A DNA stretch of 64,000 nt from an uncultured Acidobacteriaceae bacterium (GCA_963762465.1 CAVXKS010000011.1:370356-434355); one strand, 5' to 3'. Positions 18,169 through 28,860 are shown, numbered from the stretch's first letter. Program-made: numbers and translations. The notes: a model not told the origin generated them from the letters alone.

Positions 18169-19206
18169 ATGAGCAAGTCTGCCAGAAATGCTGTGATCGC
18201 TGTTGTGCTCCTTGCCATTATCGCGGGCTGCACATGGTTCGCGCGCGGGCGTGTGCACTTCGATTTTGCAAACCTGAAGGTGCAATTACGGGCAGTCTCA
18301 TGGGCGCGCGTCGCTGCGGGTGTCGCGTTGATCTGGCTTTCGGTCGCGATCCGCGCGCCGCGCTGGCACGTGCTGCTCGGCTCCGCGAACACAACCGGCG
18401 CGGCCAAACTCGTCGGCCCACAGTTTGTCGGCTTCACGGTAGTTGCGCTGTTCGGAAGAGCGGCCGACCTCGCGCGACCGTACCTGACTGCACGGCGCAC
18501 GGGAACACCGATCGCCACGCAGTTGGCGGTGTACTTCATCGAGCGGGCGCTTGATCTCGGATCCGCGGCAATTCTCTTCGCCATCACGCTTGCTCTGGCA
18601 CCAAAAAACATGCCTCACCATGAAGAGTTCAAGAAGGCCGGCCAGGGTGCTCTCGTTCTGATGGCAGCCATCGTGGTATTCCTGCTAGCTGTTCGTTTCG
18701 CGGGAGGCGCAGTCGCCGGGTTCGCCAGCAAAACGGTGGGAGTGGGCTCGAAGAAGCTGGCGGAATCAGTTGCCGTTAAGATTCTCGAATTTCGCGAAGG
18801 GCTGCGCACGATCAAGACGTTCGGACAGTTTGGCGCGGCACTCGTGCTCTCCCTGCTCATTTGGGCAATGATCGCCGGATCGTACTTCGAAACGACCCGG
18901 GCATTCCGTGACTCTGCGCAGCTGGCGTTCTTCTCTGTACCGCAAACGATGCTTTTGTTGGCGTCCAGCATGGCGGGGTCGCTGATCCAGTTGCCGGTGA
19001 TTGGGTGGTTCTCGCAGATCGGCGTGTTGACAGGGGCGTATATCGCGTTCTTCTCCGTACCGTTCGAAATCGCGTCAGCCGCGGGCGCGATTCTGATGGC
19101 GGTGACGACGCTCGGAATCGTGCCTGCGGGGCTGATTGCAGCGCGCATTGAAGGCGTGAGCCTGCGTGATGCGGCGCGCAGCAGCGAAGCTGTTGGCACG
19201 GCTTGA
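18169..19206 (+). CDS. lysylphosphatidylglycerol synthase TM-domain / flippase-like membrane protein (UPF0104)
   Basis: Multi-TM; RAPRWHVLL, LFGRAADLARPY, IERALD pattern. Confidence 0.75.
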   Translation: MSKSARNAVIAVVLLAIIAGCTWFARGRVHFDFANLKVQLRAVSWARVAAGVALIWLSVAIRAPRWHVLLGSANTTGAAKLVGPQFVGFTVVALFGRAADLARPYLTARRTGTPIATQLAVYFIERALDLGSAAILFAITLALAPKNMPHHEEFKKAGQGALVLMAAIVVFLLAVRFAGGAVAGFASKTVGVGSKKLAESVAVKILEFREGLRTIKTFGQFGAALVLSLLIWAMIAGSYFETTRAFRDSAQLAFFSVPQTMLLLASSMAGSLIQLPVIGWFSQIGVLTGAYIAFFSVPFEIASAAGAILMAVTTLGIVPAGLIAARIEGVSLRDAARSSEAVGTA

Positions 19207-19221
19207 TAAGATTGAAGTTGC

Positions 19222-19707
19222 ATGAAGTGTCCTTACTGCGGCTTTACTCAGGACAAGGTGATCGACTCCCGCGAGAGCAAGGACGCCGACTCCATCCGCC
19301 GACGCCGCGAGTGCGAGCGCTGCACCAAGCGCTTCACCACGTATGAGCGGCTCGACGAAATTCCTTACATGGTAGTGAAGAAGGACGGCCGGCGCGAGAA
19401 GTTCGATCGCCAGAAGTTGCTCGCCGGACTGCTGCATTCGTGCCAGAAGCGCAAGGTTTCGGTGGCGCAGATGCAGTCGATTGTGGATGCGGCGGAGGCG
19501 TTTGTGGTTGATTCGCCGGAGCGCGAGCGACCGACCACGGACATCGGCGAGCTGATTATGCAGCGGCTGAAGGAGATCGATACTGTGGCGTACATTCGAT
19601 TTGCGAGCGTCTATCGCGACTTCAAGGACGTCAACGAGTTCAAGGAAGAGCTCGAAGGGCTGCTTGGCGGCAAGGACAGCAAACCCCGACGGGCCCACCC
19701 GCGCTAA
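19222..19707 (+). CDS. nrdR: transcriptional repressor NrdR
   Basis: MKCPYCG...RRRRECERC..RFTTYE; ATP cone; AYIRFASVYRDF. Confidence 0.97.
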   Translation: MKCPYCGFTQDKVIDSRESKDADSIRRRRECERCTKRFTTYERLDEIPYMVVKKDGRREKFDRQKLLAGLLHSCQKRKVSVAQMQSIVDAAEAFVVDSPERERPTTDIGELIMQRLKEIDTVAYIRFASVYRDFKDVNEFKEELEGLLGGKDSKPRRAHPR

Positions 19708-19738
19708 GCATCCGAAAAGTAGACAAGGAAGTTTCGCA

Positions 19739-20764
19739 ATGAAGGCAGCAACACGCACGCACAACATCACGTTAATTCCGGGTGACGGTATCGGGCCGGA
19801 GGTTACGGCAGCGACCGTCAGCATCCTGGAGGCCGCGGGGCGCGCGACCGGATGCAGCTTCAAGTGGGAGCGGCATGACGCGGGCGCGGATGCGTTTGCG
19901 ATGACCGGCGAGTACATTCCGCAGGCGCTGTATGACTCGGTGACGCAGAACAAGGTGGCACTGAAGGGACCGGTGACGACGCCGATCGGGCAGGGGTTTT
20001 CGTCGATTAACGTCACGCTGCGGAAGAGGTTCGACCTGTATGCGAACTTCCGTCCGGTCAAGTCGCTGCCCGGGCTGAAGACGAACTATCCGAAGATCGA
20101 TCTCGTGATCTTCCGGGAAAACACAGAGGATTTGTACGCCGGGCTCGAGGTGATGGTGCAGCCGGATGTGGCGCAGTCCCTTAAGATCATCACCACCAAG
20201 GGCTCTACGCGGATCGCGCGCGCGGCGTTTGAACATGCGCGCAAGCAAGGGCGCAAGAAGGTGCACGCCATTCACAAGGCCAACATCATGAAGCTGACGG
20301 ATGGGCTCTTTTTGCGCTGCTGCAAGGCGGTCGCGGCTGAGTTTCCGGAGATCCAGTATCTGGAGCACATCGTCGACAACGCGTGCATGCAGCTGGTGCT
20401 GAACCCGTATCAGTACGACATCATCCTGACGGAGAATCTGTACGGCGATATTCTGTCGGACCTGTGCTCGGCGTTTGTCGGCGGGCTGGGGCTGGTGCCG
20501 GGAGCGAACATCGGCGCGGACGCGGCGATCTTCGAGGCGGTGCACGGCTCGGCGCCGGATATTGCCGGGCAGGACAAGGCGAACCCGACGGCCCTGCTGC
20601 AGTCCGCGGTGCTGATGCTGCACCATATTGGCGAGCCGGAGACTGCAGGGCGCATCCAGAAGGCGCTGAACCATGTGTACGCCGAGGGCAAGACGCTGAC
20701 GCGCGATGTGGGCGGCACAGCAGGCACGAAGGCGTTCACCGAGGCGGTGCTGGACGAGTTGTAG
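19739..20764 (+). CDS. isocitrate/isopropylmalate dehydrogenase family (NAD-IDH-like)
   Basis: LIPGDGIGPEV, FRENTEDLY, HKANIMK, NLYGDILSDL, FEAVHGSAPDIAG. Confidence 0.9.
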   Translation: MKAATRTHNITLIPGDGIGPEVTAATVSILEAAGRATGCSFKWERHDAGADAFAMTGEYIPQALYDSVTQNKVALKGPVTTPIGQGFSSINVTLRKRFDLYANFRPVKSLPGLKTNYPKIDLVIFRENTEDLYAGLEVMVQPDVAQSLKIITTKGSTRIARAAFEHARKQGRKKVHAIHKANIMKLTDGLFLRCCKAVAAEFPEIQYLEHIVDNACMQLVLNPYQYDIILTENLYGDILSDLCSAFVGGLGLVPGANIGADAAIFEAVHGSAPDIAGQDKANPTALLQSAVLMLHHIGEPETAGRIQKALNHVYAEGKTLTRDVGGTAGTKAFTEAVLDEL

Positions 20765-20817
20765 TTCTTAAGCGCATGTGTCGCCAAGACGCGAGTTTGC
20801 GCATCCAAAGGAGCACC

Positions 20818-21624
20818 GTGAGGATCGGACGAGCCGTTGTTGTTTCCACACTCGCAGCCGCTGTACTACTGGGCGGCTGCAGACGCAATGCTGCCAATCC
20901 TGGACCTGCCAATGCACCGGCTGGATCTGCGCCGGTTGCGAATGCCACTCCACCGGCGATCGATCCAGCGACGGCTGGGAATATTTCAGGAGTGGTGCAC
21001 TTCAGCGGAAAGGCTCCGGAGCGGATCAAGATCGACATGTCGGCTGATCCCGCGTGCGCCATGGCGGCTTTCGGGCCCGGTGGGCAGAACCTCACGGAGC
21101 AATACGTCGTGAACAACGGCCAGCTGGCGAACGTGTTTGTTTATGTGAAGAGCGGGATTCGGCCGTGGTCGGCGGCCGCGAACGCCCCGCCGGTAGTGCT
21201 GGACCAGAAGGGCTGTCGATATGTGCCGCACGTGATTGCCGTGCAGCAGGGGGGCAGGGTGGAGTACAGGAACTCCGACCCGGCCACGCATAACGTGCAT
21301 ACGTTGCCGCAGGAGCCGGCGAACCACTCCCTGGATGTGTCCGAAATGCCGGGTGGTCAGCCGCAGACGGAGACATTCCATTCGCCGGAGTTGATGATTC
21401 CGGTGCGTTGCAACAATCATCCGTGGATGCAGGCGTTCATCAACGTGGCGCCGAATGGATTTTTTTCGGTGACCGGCCCGGACGGCAGCTTTACACTTCA
21501 CGACTTGCCTCCGGGAACCTATACTGTGGCGGCCGTGCACGAGAAGCTCGGCGAGCACGACATTCAGGTGACTGTTCCGGAAAAATCAACAGCAAAGGCG
21601 GACTTCACCTACTCTGCGAAGTGA
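20818..21624 (+). CDS. lipoprotein with cupredoxin-like and carboxypeptidase-regulatory-like domains
   Basis: Lipobox LGGC; DQKGCRYVPHV, HNVH, CNNHPWM. GTG start after AAGGAG. Confidence 0.7.
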   Translation: MRIGRAVVVSTLAAAVLLGGCRRNAANPGPANAPAGSAPVANATPPAIDPATAGNISGVVHFSGKAPERIKIDMSADPACAMAAFGPGGQNLTEQYVVNNGQLANVFVYVKSGIRPWSAAANAPPVVLDQKGCRYVPHVIAVQQGGRVEYRNSDPATHNVHTLPQEPANHSLDVSEMPGGQPQTETFHSPELMIPVRCNNHPWMQAFINVAPNGFFSVTGPDGSFTLHDLPPGTYTVAAVHEKLGEHDIQVTVPEKSTAKADFTYSAK

Positions 21625-21716
21625 ATCAAAGCTGGTTGAACACGTCTGGCCCGCAGTTCTGCTATAGCTACAGTTCCCATAGAGCTGCATGCACATCTTC
21701 GATGGAAAGGTTGCCG

Positions 21717-22034
21717 ATGCACTTCTCTCTTACGTTTCCGGTCCACCAGATTCCTCTCTGGTTTCTTGTGCTGTCGCTTTTTTTGCCCCGCATCTGCATC
21801 GTTGTCGCCTGGCTGCAGCACAGTCTGCCGGCGGCGTTTATTCCGGCGTCCGTCAATATCATTCAGATCATCGTTGCGATCCTGATCCCGCGGATTCTGA
21901 TTCTCTTCTGGATTTACCAGGACCAGGGCATCACGATTTGGTTTCTGCTGCACGTGATCGCATTGATTATCGCGTGGGGCGGAGGCTCCAGACGCGTGAT
22001 CACACGCCGCCGCGTCGTCGAGGTGGATGGCTAG
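21717..22034 (+). CDS. small hydrophobic membrane protein
   Basis: 105 aa, three to four hydrophobic segments, duplicated L/I-x-P-R-I motif. Confidence 0.6.
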   Translation: MHFSLTFPVHQIPLWFLVLSLFLPRICIVVAWLQHSLPAAFIPASVNIIQIIVAILIPRILILFWIYQDQGITIWFLLHVIALIIAWGGGSRRVITRRRVVEVDG

Positions 22035-22093
22035 AGACGCGGGCCACGCCGAAGTCGTCCCGCTCCATGGAATGGCTGCGATAAACTTGCTAG

Positions 22094-23251
22094 ATGGAAC
22101 GGCGTAATGTAGGCATCCTGGGGGCAACTGGAGCTGTCGGACAACGATTTATCCAGTTGCTCGCCCATCATCCCTGGTTCAACATCACCTGGCTGGCGGC
22201 AAGCGACCGCAGTGCGGGCAAGACCTACGCGGAAGCGTGCGCCTGGCGGCTGGACACGCCGTTGCCGAAGCGCATCGCCGAGATGGTGCTGCAGCCGAAT
22301 ACGCCGGAGGGGTCTACGGCCAATGCAAAATCAACCCTGCCGCGGATTATCTTCTCCTCCGTGGACGCCCCGGTGGCGCGTGAGCTGGAGCCGAAGTTCG
22401 CTGTCGCCGGTTGCGCAGTGATCTCGAACAGCTCGGCGTTCCGCATGGGCACGGATGTTCCGCTGGTCGTGCCCGAGGTGAACGAAGCTCACCTGGATGT
22501 AATCGAGGCCCAGGCGACGCGTAAGACTTCCGGCGGGTATCTGGTTACGAATCCGAACTGCTGTGCCATAGGCTTGGTGTTGCCCCTGGCTGCGCTGCAC
22601 CAGCGCTTCGGGATCGAGAAGCTGTTTGTCTCGACGATGCAGGCGGTCTCCGGTGCGGGATATCCCGGCGTTGCGTCGCTGGACATTCTCGGCAACGTGA
22701 TTCCCTACATTAAGAACGAGGAAGAGAAGCTGCAGGAGGAGGTCGCGAAGCTGCTTGGCGGGTTGCGTGTGGAGGGTGATGAGGCGCGCGGGTTCCAATT
22801 CGCGGACCTGACCGTTTCGGCAATGTGCAATCGCGTGCCGGTGCTCGAAGGCCACACAGAGTGCGTGAGCGTGAAGCTGCGGAAACCCACCACACGCGAA
22901 GAGATTCTGGACGCGTGGCAGAGCTTCCAGCCTCTAAGCGGGAAGGGACATGAGGGACTCCATCTGCCGTCCGCGCCGTTGCACCCGGTGGTCTACATGG
23001 ATGGCGACGCGCGGCCACAGCCGAAGCTCGATCTCGACCGCGGCAACGGCATGACCACGACCGTCGGCCGGCTGCGCCCGTGCTCGATCTTTGACTGGAA
23101 GTTCACGCTGCTCTCGCACAACACTGTGCGCGGCGCGGCGGGTGCAGCGATCCTGAACGCGGAAATCCTTGCGGTGCTGGGCAAGTTTGATTTTCGGCGC
23201 TTCCCTGCCATCGGCTCGGCCGCGCTGGAAGAGAGCGCGGTGCCCGCATGA
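22094..23251 (+). CDS. asd: aspartate-semialdehyde dehydrogenase
   Basis: VGILGATGAVGQ, TNPNCC, STMQAVSGAG, HNTVRGAAG. Confidence 0.95.
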   Translation: MERRNVGILGATGAVGQRFIQLLAHHPWFNITWLAASDRSAGKTYAEACAWRLDTPLPKRIAEMVLQPNTPEGSTANAKSTLPRIIFSSVDAPVARELEPKFAVAGCAVISNSSAFRMGTDVPLVVPEVNEAHLDVIEAQATRKTSGGYLVTNPNCCAIGLVLPLAALHQRFGIEKLFVSTMQAVSGAGYPGVASLDILGNVIPYIKNEEEKLQEEVAKLLGGLRVEGDEARGFQFADLTVSAMCNRVPVLEGHTECVSVKLRKPTTREEILDAWQSFQPLSGKGHEGLHLPSAPLHPVVYMDGDARPQPKLDLDRGNGMTTTVGRLRPCSIFDWKFTLLSHNTVRGAAGAAILNAEILAVLGKFDFRRFPAIGSAALEESAVPA

Positions 23252-24699
23252 GTTCGAAGGCACGCGCCGCAGCTGCGCATCCTGAAATTGTTGTGATGAA
23301 GTTTGGTGGCACGTCCGTTGAGGACGCCACCGCCATTCTGCGTACGGCGAGCATCGTCGAGGGTCGCGTGAAGAAAGGATTGCGACCGGTCGTCGTTGTC
23401 TCGGCCATGGCAAAGGTTACGGACCAACTGCTTGCCTGCGCGGCGGCGGCTCTGGGCGGCCGCGGCGATCGGGAAGGTGCGCTGGAGATTGCCCGAAGGC
23501 TGCGCGCGCGCCATCTGCAGGTTGCGGGCGAACTTGTGAAGGCCGACCGGCTTACGTCGCTCGAGCTCGATATCAACCGTGCGTTCGATGGCCTGGAAGA
23601 ACTGGTTCGCGGGATTGCGGTTGTGGGCGAGCTGACCGCGCGGACCTCGGATCTGATCGTGAGCTTCGGCGAGCGGCTCTCGAGCGTCATAGTCACGGCG
23701 GCGTTTGCCGAGCGCGGACTGAACTCCGTGCACGTCGATGCGCGCGAGGTGATCCTGACGGACGATCATTACGGCAAGGCTGCCCCGGACGAGCCGGCGA
23801 TTGAGCGTGCGCTCCGGACGAAAGTGCTTCCGCTTGTGAGCGCAGAGCGTGTGCCGGTGATGGGCGGGTTCATCGGTTCCTGCAACGGAGTCACCACGAC
23901 ACTGGGTCGCGGAGGATCGGACTACACAGCCGCGCTGGTTGGCGGCGGACTACACGGCGGTGCGATCGAGATCTGGACGGACGTCGACGGCATTATGACC
24001 ACCGATCCGCGCATCTGCCCGGATGCCCTGCGGGTGCGCACCATCAGCTTTGAAGAGGCTGCCGAGCTCGCCTACTTCGGCGCAAAGGTGCTGCATCCGG
24101 CGACCATTCTGCCCGCGGTACAGAAGAACATTCCGGTTTTCGTGCTGAACAGCCGCAACCCGGCGAACGAAGGTACGCGCATCACGGCAACGCCGCCGTC
24201 ATGCGCGAGTCCGTTCAAGTCGATTGCGGCGAAGAAGAAGCTGACGATCATAGACATTGTGGCGAGCCGGATGCTGCTGGCGCATGGCTTCTTGAAGATG
24301 GTGTTCGACATTTTCGACAAGCACAGATGCGCGATCGATATGGTTTCGACGTCGGAGGTTTCAATCTCCGTGACAGTCGACTCGCGGGAGTCGCTGCCGG
24401 CCATCTGTGAGGAGCTGGGACGCATCGCCGATGTGAAGTATGAGAGCGACAAGGCGCTGATCTGCCTGGTCGGCGAGGACATCCGCGGGCAGAGCGGCAT
24501 TGCGGCGCAGGTCTTTGCGGCGGTCTCGCACGTCAATATCCGTATGATCTCGCAAGGCGCCAGCGAAATTAATATGAGCTTCATGATCAACGAAGAGGAC
24601 GTGGAGGAGGCGGTGCGATCACTGCACAAGAAGTTCTTCGCAGCCGCTGATCCGGCGATCTTCGACGTGGAAGCACGGCCCGTTATCTCCAATGCTTAG
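23248..24699 (+). CDS. lysC: aspartokinase
   Basis: VMKFGGTSV, TLGRGGSDYTA, IWTDVDG, C-terminal ACT domains. Confidence 0.95.
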   Translation: MSSKARAAAAHPEIVVMKFGGTSVEDATAILRTASIVEGRVKKGLRPVVVVSAMAKVTDQLLACAAAALGGRGDREGALEIARRLRARHLQVAGELVKADRLTSLELDINRAFDGLEELVRGIAVVGELTARTSDLIVSFGERLSSVIVTAAFAERGLNSVHVDAREVILTDDHYGKAAPDEPAIERALRTKVLPLVSAERVPVMGGFIGSCNGVTTTLGRGGSDYTAALVGGGLHGGAIEIWTDVDGIMTTDPRICPDALRVRTISFEEAAELAYFGAKVLHPATILPAVQKNIPVFVLNSRNPANEGTRITATPPSCASPFKSIAAKKKLTIIDIVASRMLLAHGFLKMVFDIFDKHRCAIDMVSTSEVSISVTVDSRESLPAICEELGRIADVKYESDKALICLVGEDIRGQSGIAAQVFAAVSHVNIRMISQGASEINMSFMINEEDVEEAVRSLHKKFFAAADPAIFDVEARPVISNA

Positions 24700-24713
24700 G
24701 AGCACCATCCCTC

Positions 24714-25403
24714 ATGCGCATTCTCGTTCTCGGTGTGGGCAAGACCGGTAAGCTTGTTGCGGAAGTCGCGGCGGAACACGGCCATAGCGTTCACGTGCTC
24801 GATGCGAAGGAGAACAAGGAAGCGGCCGCGCTGACGCCGCCCTTCGTCGCGGGGTTCGATGTCGTTATCGACTTCACCACACCGCAGGCGGTGATCGCGA
24901 ATATGCGAGCGGTCTTCGCGAATGGCGGAAAGATGGTGGTAGGCACGACTGGATGGTATGACCGTTTGCCGCGTGCGAAAGAAGCCGCCGAACGCAAGGG
25001 AGCCAGCCTGCTCTACGGTACGAACTTCTCCGTCGGCGTCCAGATGATGATGAAGCTCGCGGAGATGATGACGAAGGAGCTCGCGGGCATGAATTACCAG
25101 CTTTCGATCTCCGAGACACACCATCTCACGAAGCTCGACGCACCGAGCGGAACAGCGCTGACGTTGCGTGATGTCGTGAAGCGAGCGTGCAATATGGGCG
25201 ATATCCCGATCAATTCCATTCGCCACGGCGAAGCGGTTGGGCTGCACGTGCTGGAGGCGGAAAGCAACGGCGATCGCATCCTGCTGACGCATGAGTCGCA
25301 CTCGCGCCTACCCTTTGCCGAGGGCGCCGTGCGCGCAGCGGAGTGGCTCGTCGCGGCGAAGCCTGGCGTCTATGACTTCCGGGACGTCTTCGACAGGTTC
25401 TGA
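24714..25403 (+). CDS. dapB: 4-hydroxy-tetrahydrodipicolinate reductase
   Basis: IDFTTP, VGTTGW, GTNFSVGV, ETHHLTKLDAPSGTA. Confidence 0.93.
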   Translation: MRILVLGVGKTGKLVAEVAAEHGHSVHVLDAKENKEAAALTPPFVAGFDVVIDFTTPQAVIANMRAVFANGGKMVVGTTGWYDRLPRAKEAAERKGASLLYGTNFSVGVQMMMKLAEMMTKELAGMNYQLSISETHHLTKLDAPSGTALTLRDVVKRACNMGDIPINSIRHGEAVGLHVLEAESNGDRILLTHESHSRLPFAEGAVRAAEWLVAAKPGVYDFRDVFDRF

Positions 25404-25463
25404 ATTGTGCTGCATCCGTCGGCCGGAGTTGCGCGAACTTGCGCGGCCTCCTAGGCTAACGGT

Positions 25464-26735
25464 ATGAGCTCTGCCACACTCGCCGCGCCAACCTTCGCCT
25501 CCCTCAGCTTTGAGCAGAAACTGGACCGCCTTGCAGAGGTGGCGATTCGCGTCGGCCTGAACCTGCGCGAAGGTCAGGAACTGGTGCTCACCGCCCCGAC
25601 GGATGCGTTGCCGCTCGTGCGGCGCGTTGTAGAACACGCGTATAAAGCTGGCGCGAAGTTCGTGACGACGCTGATCAGCGATGACGAACTCGCGCTCGCG
25701 CGCTACCGGCATGCAGCAGAGTCCACCTTCGACTACGCGCCGGAGTGGTTTTACGACGGCATCGCAAACGCGTTCCGCTCCGGAGCCGCGCGCATGGCGA
25801 TCACCGGCGCGAATCCGGCGCTGCTCTCCGGGCAGGATCCGCAGAAGGTTTCGCGCGCAAACATTGCTGTGTCCAAGGCGTATAAGCCGGCGATGGAGCT
25901 CATTACGCGCCATGAGATCAACTGGACGATCGTCGCTGCCGCGACTCCGGCGTGGGCAGCGCTTGTGTTTCCGGGCGAGCCTCAAGAGCTGGCGATGGGT
26001 AAGCTGTGGGATGCGATCTTCCGCACCTCGCGCATCTCCGGAGACGATCCGGTTGGCGATTGGAAGCGGCACGGCGAGAATTTGAAGCAACGCGTCGATC
26101 TGCTGAACGCGAAGCGGTATCGTTCGATCCGCTTCTTCACGCCGAACGGCGCAACGGATCTGACCGTCGGGCTCGCCGACCAGCACCTGTGGGCAGGAGG
26201 CGGCACAACCGCTGCCAACGGTGTTTACTGCCAACCCAACATCCCTACGGAGGAGTGCTTTACGACGCCTCACAAGGATCGGGTGCACGGCGTGGTCTCC
26301 GCCTCGAAGCCACTGTCGCATCAAGGCACGCTGATCGAAAACATCCGCTGCCGATTTGAAGGCGGACGCATCGTGGAAGTGACCGCCACAAAAGGCCAGG
26401 ACGCGATTCAGAAGCTGATCGCAACCGACGACGGGGCGCGGCGGTTAGGCGAGGTCGCACTTGTTCCGCACAACTCGCCGATCGCACAATCGGGCATTCT
26501 CTTCTGGAACACGCTGTTTGACGAGAACGCGGCGAGCCATATCGCGCTCGGTCAGGCGTATTCGACGTGCCTCATCAACGGCGAGACGATGTCGAACGAG
26601 GAGCTGGCGAAACTGGGCGCGAATGAGAGCCTCATTCACGTGGACTGGATGATCGGTGGATCGACGATGAACATCGACGGAGTGAGTTCCAGTGGCTCGG
26701 CTGAGCCGCTGATGCGCGATGGTGACTGGGTTTAG
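25464..26735 (+). CDS. aminopeptidase, M29 (AmpS/PepS) family
   Basis: PNIPTEECFTTP, LGEVALV, LFDENAASHIALG, HVDWMIG. Confidence 0.92.
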   Translation: MSSATLAAPTFASLSFEQKLDRLAEVAIRVGLNLREGQELVLTAPTDALPLVRRVVEHAYKAGAKFVTTLISDDELALARYRHAAESTFDYAPEWFYDGIANAFRSGAARMAITGANPALLSGQDPQKVSRANIAVSKAYKPAMELITRHEINWTIVAAATPAWAALVFPGEPQELAMGKLWDAIFRTSRISGDDPVGDWKRHGENLKQRVDLLNAKRYRSIRFFTPNGATDLTVGLADQHLWAGGGTTAANGVYCQPNIPTEECFTTPHKDRVHGVVSASKPLSHQGTLIENIRCRFEGGRIVEVTATKGQDAIQKLIATDDGARRLGEVALVPHNSPIAQSGILFWNTLFDENAASHIALGQAYSTCLINGETMSNEELAKLGANESLIHVDWMIGGSTMNIDGVSSSGSAEPLMRDGDWV

Positions 26736-27201
26736 CTCGCCGCGGCAGTTGAACATCCGGCGTGCCACACGAGATGATCTGCCGCAACTAACCGCGCTCC
26801 TCGAGCTGTATTACGTTGAGTGGAACGTGATACAGCGGGATGCGCCCGGAAGCATCGGGGAGTACATCGAGCAGGCTGATCCGTTTGGCTTTGCGGTGGT
26901 GGAACAAAATGGCGTTCTCGTGGGCTGCGTCCTTCTGCGGTGCTTACCGTCCATCGAATCGGCAGCCGAGTGCAAACGACTCTACGTCGCGCCGCATCAT
27001 CGTGGAGCCGGGCTCGCATCGCGCTTGATGGATTTTGTGGAGCGCGCCGCCACGTCGAAACTTGACTGGATCTATCTCGACACCGGTGCGAATTTCACCG
27101 CCGCACAGGCCTTGTACCACGCGCGCGGATACGACGCTTGCGAGCGCTACAACGATAATCCGCAGGCCACATGTTTCTTTCGCAAGAGGCTGCCCGGCTG
27201 A
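26719..27201 (+). CDS. GNAT N-acetyltransferase
   Basis: AECKRLYVAPHHRGAGLASRL, AQALYHARGY. Exact start uncertain. Confidence 0.85.
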   Translation: MVTGFSSPRQLNIRRATRDDLPQLTALLELYYVEWNVIQRDAPGSIGEYIEQADPFGFAVVEQNGVLVGCVLLRCLPSIESAAECKRLYVAPHHRGAGLASRLMDFVERAATSKLDWIYLDTGANFTAAQALYHARGYDACERYNDNPQATCFFRKRLPG

Positions 27202-27216
27202 GATAGCATCAATCGC

Positions 27217-28833
27217 GTGCTCGCTCGCGTCCGTACGATCTCCATTGCTCTGTTCGTCGGGCTCGCGCTGGCTGCGCAGTTGCCCCAGCCAGTCAAGCAG
27301 CCGGATATAGAAACCTACATTCATCAGTCGTGGGATAAGCTGCAGCGATCCATGACGGACTGCAGTTCGCTTGTCGACCCGAAGCTCACGACAGATCCCG
27401 TGCTCTATCTGCCGGCGGGTGAGGCTATCCCATCGGAAGTCGAAGCGATGCGAAGCAAGTGCCGCGTCGATGTGCGCTCGCTTCGGCGCGTGATTCACCA
27501 CGAAGGTGAGCTCCTACCGGATGTGATCTCTACGCCCGGGCTGCTGTATCTGCCGCATCGGTACGTCGTGCCCGGCGGCCGTTTCAACGAGATGTACGGC
27601 TGGGACAGTTACTTCATCATTCTTGGTGAACTGGCGGATGGCCGCATTGATCTCGCGCGTGGCACCGTTGAAAATTTTTTCTACGAGATCGATCACTACG
27701 GCTCTGTTCTTAACGCGAACCGTACGTACTACCTCACGCGATCACAGCCGCCGTTCCTCAGTTCCATGGTCATTGCGGTTTATCAGGCGGAACGCGGAGA
27801 AAACCCGTCCGGAGCGCAAACGTGGTTGCGCGAGTCGCTTCCCTATCTCATCCGCGATCACGCGCTCTGGACCTCACCCCCACATCTCGCCGGCACCACC
27901 GCGTTATCGCGCTATTTCGACCTCGGGCATGGTCCAGTGCCTGAAATGGCCGATGACAGCACGTATTACGTCGATGTCATCCGTTGGCTGAGAGCACATC
28001 CGCAACAAACGCCAGCCGGATATCTCGAGCCGGCTACCCCAACCCCAGGCGCACGTTGCGCGGATAAGGCGAACTGTCTGCAAACCCGTCTGGATGGCGT
28101 GGAACTTACGCCCCAGTTCTACAAAGGCGATCGTGCGATGCGTGAGTCCGGGTTCGACACCAGTTCGCGCTTCGGCCCGTTCAGTGGATCCACGGAGGAG
28201 TATGCGCCAATCTGCCTGAACTCGCTTCTCTACAAATACGAGAACGATATCGCGAGCATCGAGTCGACACTGGGTGATCGCTCTTCCGCCGCACACTGGA
28301 GGCAAGTTGCAGCGATGCGGAGGCAACAGGTCAATTCGCTGCTTTGGGATGATTCGTCCGGTCTGTTTGTCGACTACGATTCACGCACGCAGAAACGATC
28401 CAGCTACGGCTACGTGACTACCTACTACGCCTTGTGGGCGGGCCTTGCAAGTCCCTCGCAGGCGAAACGACTTGTTGCCAACCTGCCGCTGTTCGAGCGC
28501 GCGGGAGGTCTGCAGATGAGCACTGAAGATACCGGAGAGCAGTGGGATGCTCCCTTCGGCTGGGCGCCGACTAACTGGCTTGCTGTCGAAGGTCTTGCCC
28601 GCTACGGTTATACGCAGGACGCCGACCGCATCGCCGGCAAGTTCATGGGGACTGTGCAGAACGGCTATGAGAATGACGGCACGATCCGCGAGAAGTACAA
28701 CATGAACTCTGGCTCGTCGAATGTGGAAGTGACGACCGGCTACAAGACGAACGTCGTGGGTTTCGGATGGACGAACGGCGTCTATCTCGAGATGAAGCAC
28801 CTTCTGGCGAAGAATCCTGCTGGAACGTATTGA
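27217..28833 (+). CDS. secreted alpha,alpha-trehalase (GH37)
   Basis: Signal peptide; VPGGRFNEMYGWDSYF, RSQPPFL, RESGFDTSSRF, QWDAPFGWAP, FGWTNGV. Confidence 0.93.
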   Translation: MLARVRTISIALFVGLALAAQLPQPVKQPDIETYIHQSWDKLQRSMTDCSSLVDPKLTTDPVLYLPAGEAIPSEVEAMRSKCRVDVRSLRRVIHHEGELLPDVISTPGLLYLPHRYVVPGGRFNEMYGWDSYFIILGELADGRIDLARGTVENFFYEIDHYGSVLNANRTYYLTRSQPPFLSSMVIAVYQAERGENPSGAQTWLRESLPYLIRDHALWTSPPHLAGTTALSRYFDLGHGPVPEMADDSTYYVDVIRWLRAHPQQTPAGYLEPATPTPGARCADKANCLQTRLDGVELTPQFYKGDRAMRESGFDTSSRFGPFSGSTEEYAPICLNSLLYKYENDIASIESTLGDRSSAAHWRQVAAMRRQQVNSLLWDDSSGLFVDYDSRTQKRSSYGYVTTYYALWAGLASPSQAKRLVANLPLFERAGGLQMSTEDTGEQWDAPFGWAPTNWLAVEGLARYGYTQDADRIAGKFMGTVQNGYENDGTIREKYNMNSGSSNVEVTTGYKTNVVGFGWTNGVYLEMKHLLAKNPAGTY

Positions 28834-28860
28834 GGCAGGTATACTCTGCCGAAAACCTCT

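Noticed and set aside
21862-22094. Lysine riboswitch before asd-lysC
   Set aside because: Only 60 nt lie between genes, with a -10-like box 6 nt from ATG. No room or motif for the aptamer.
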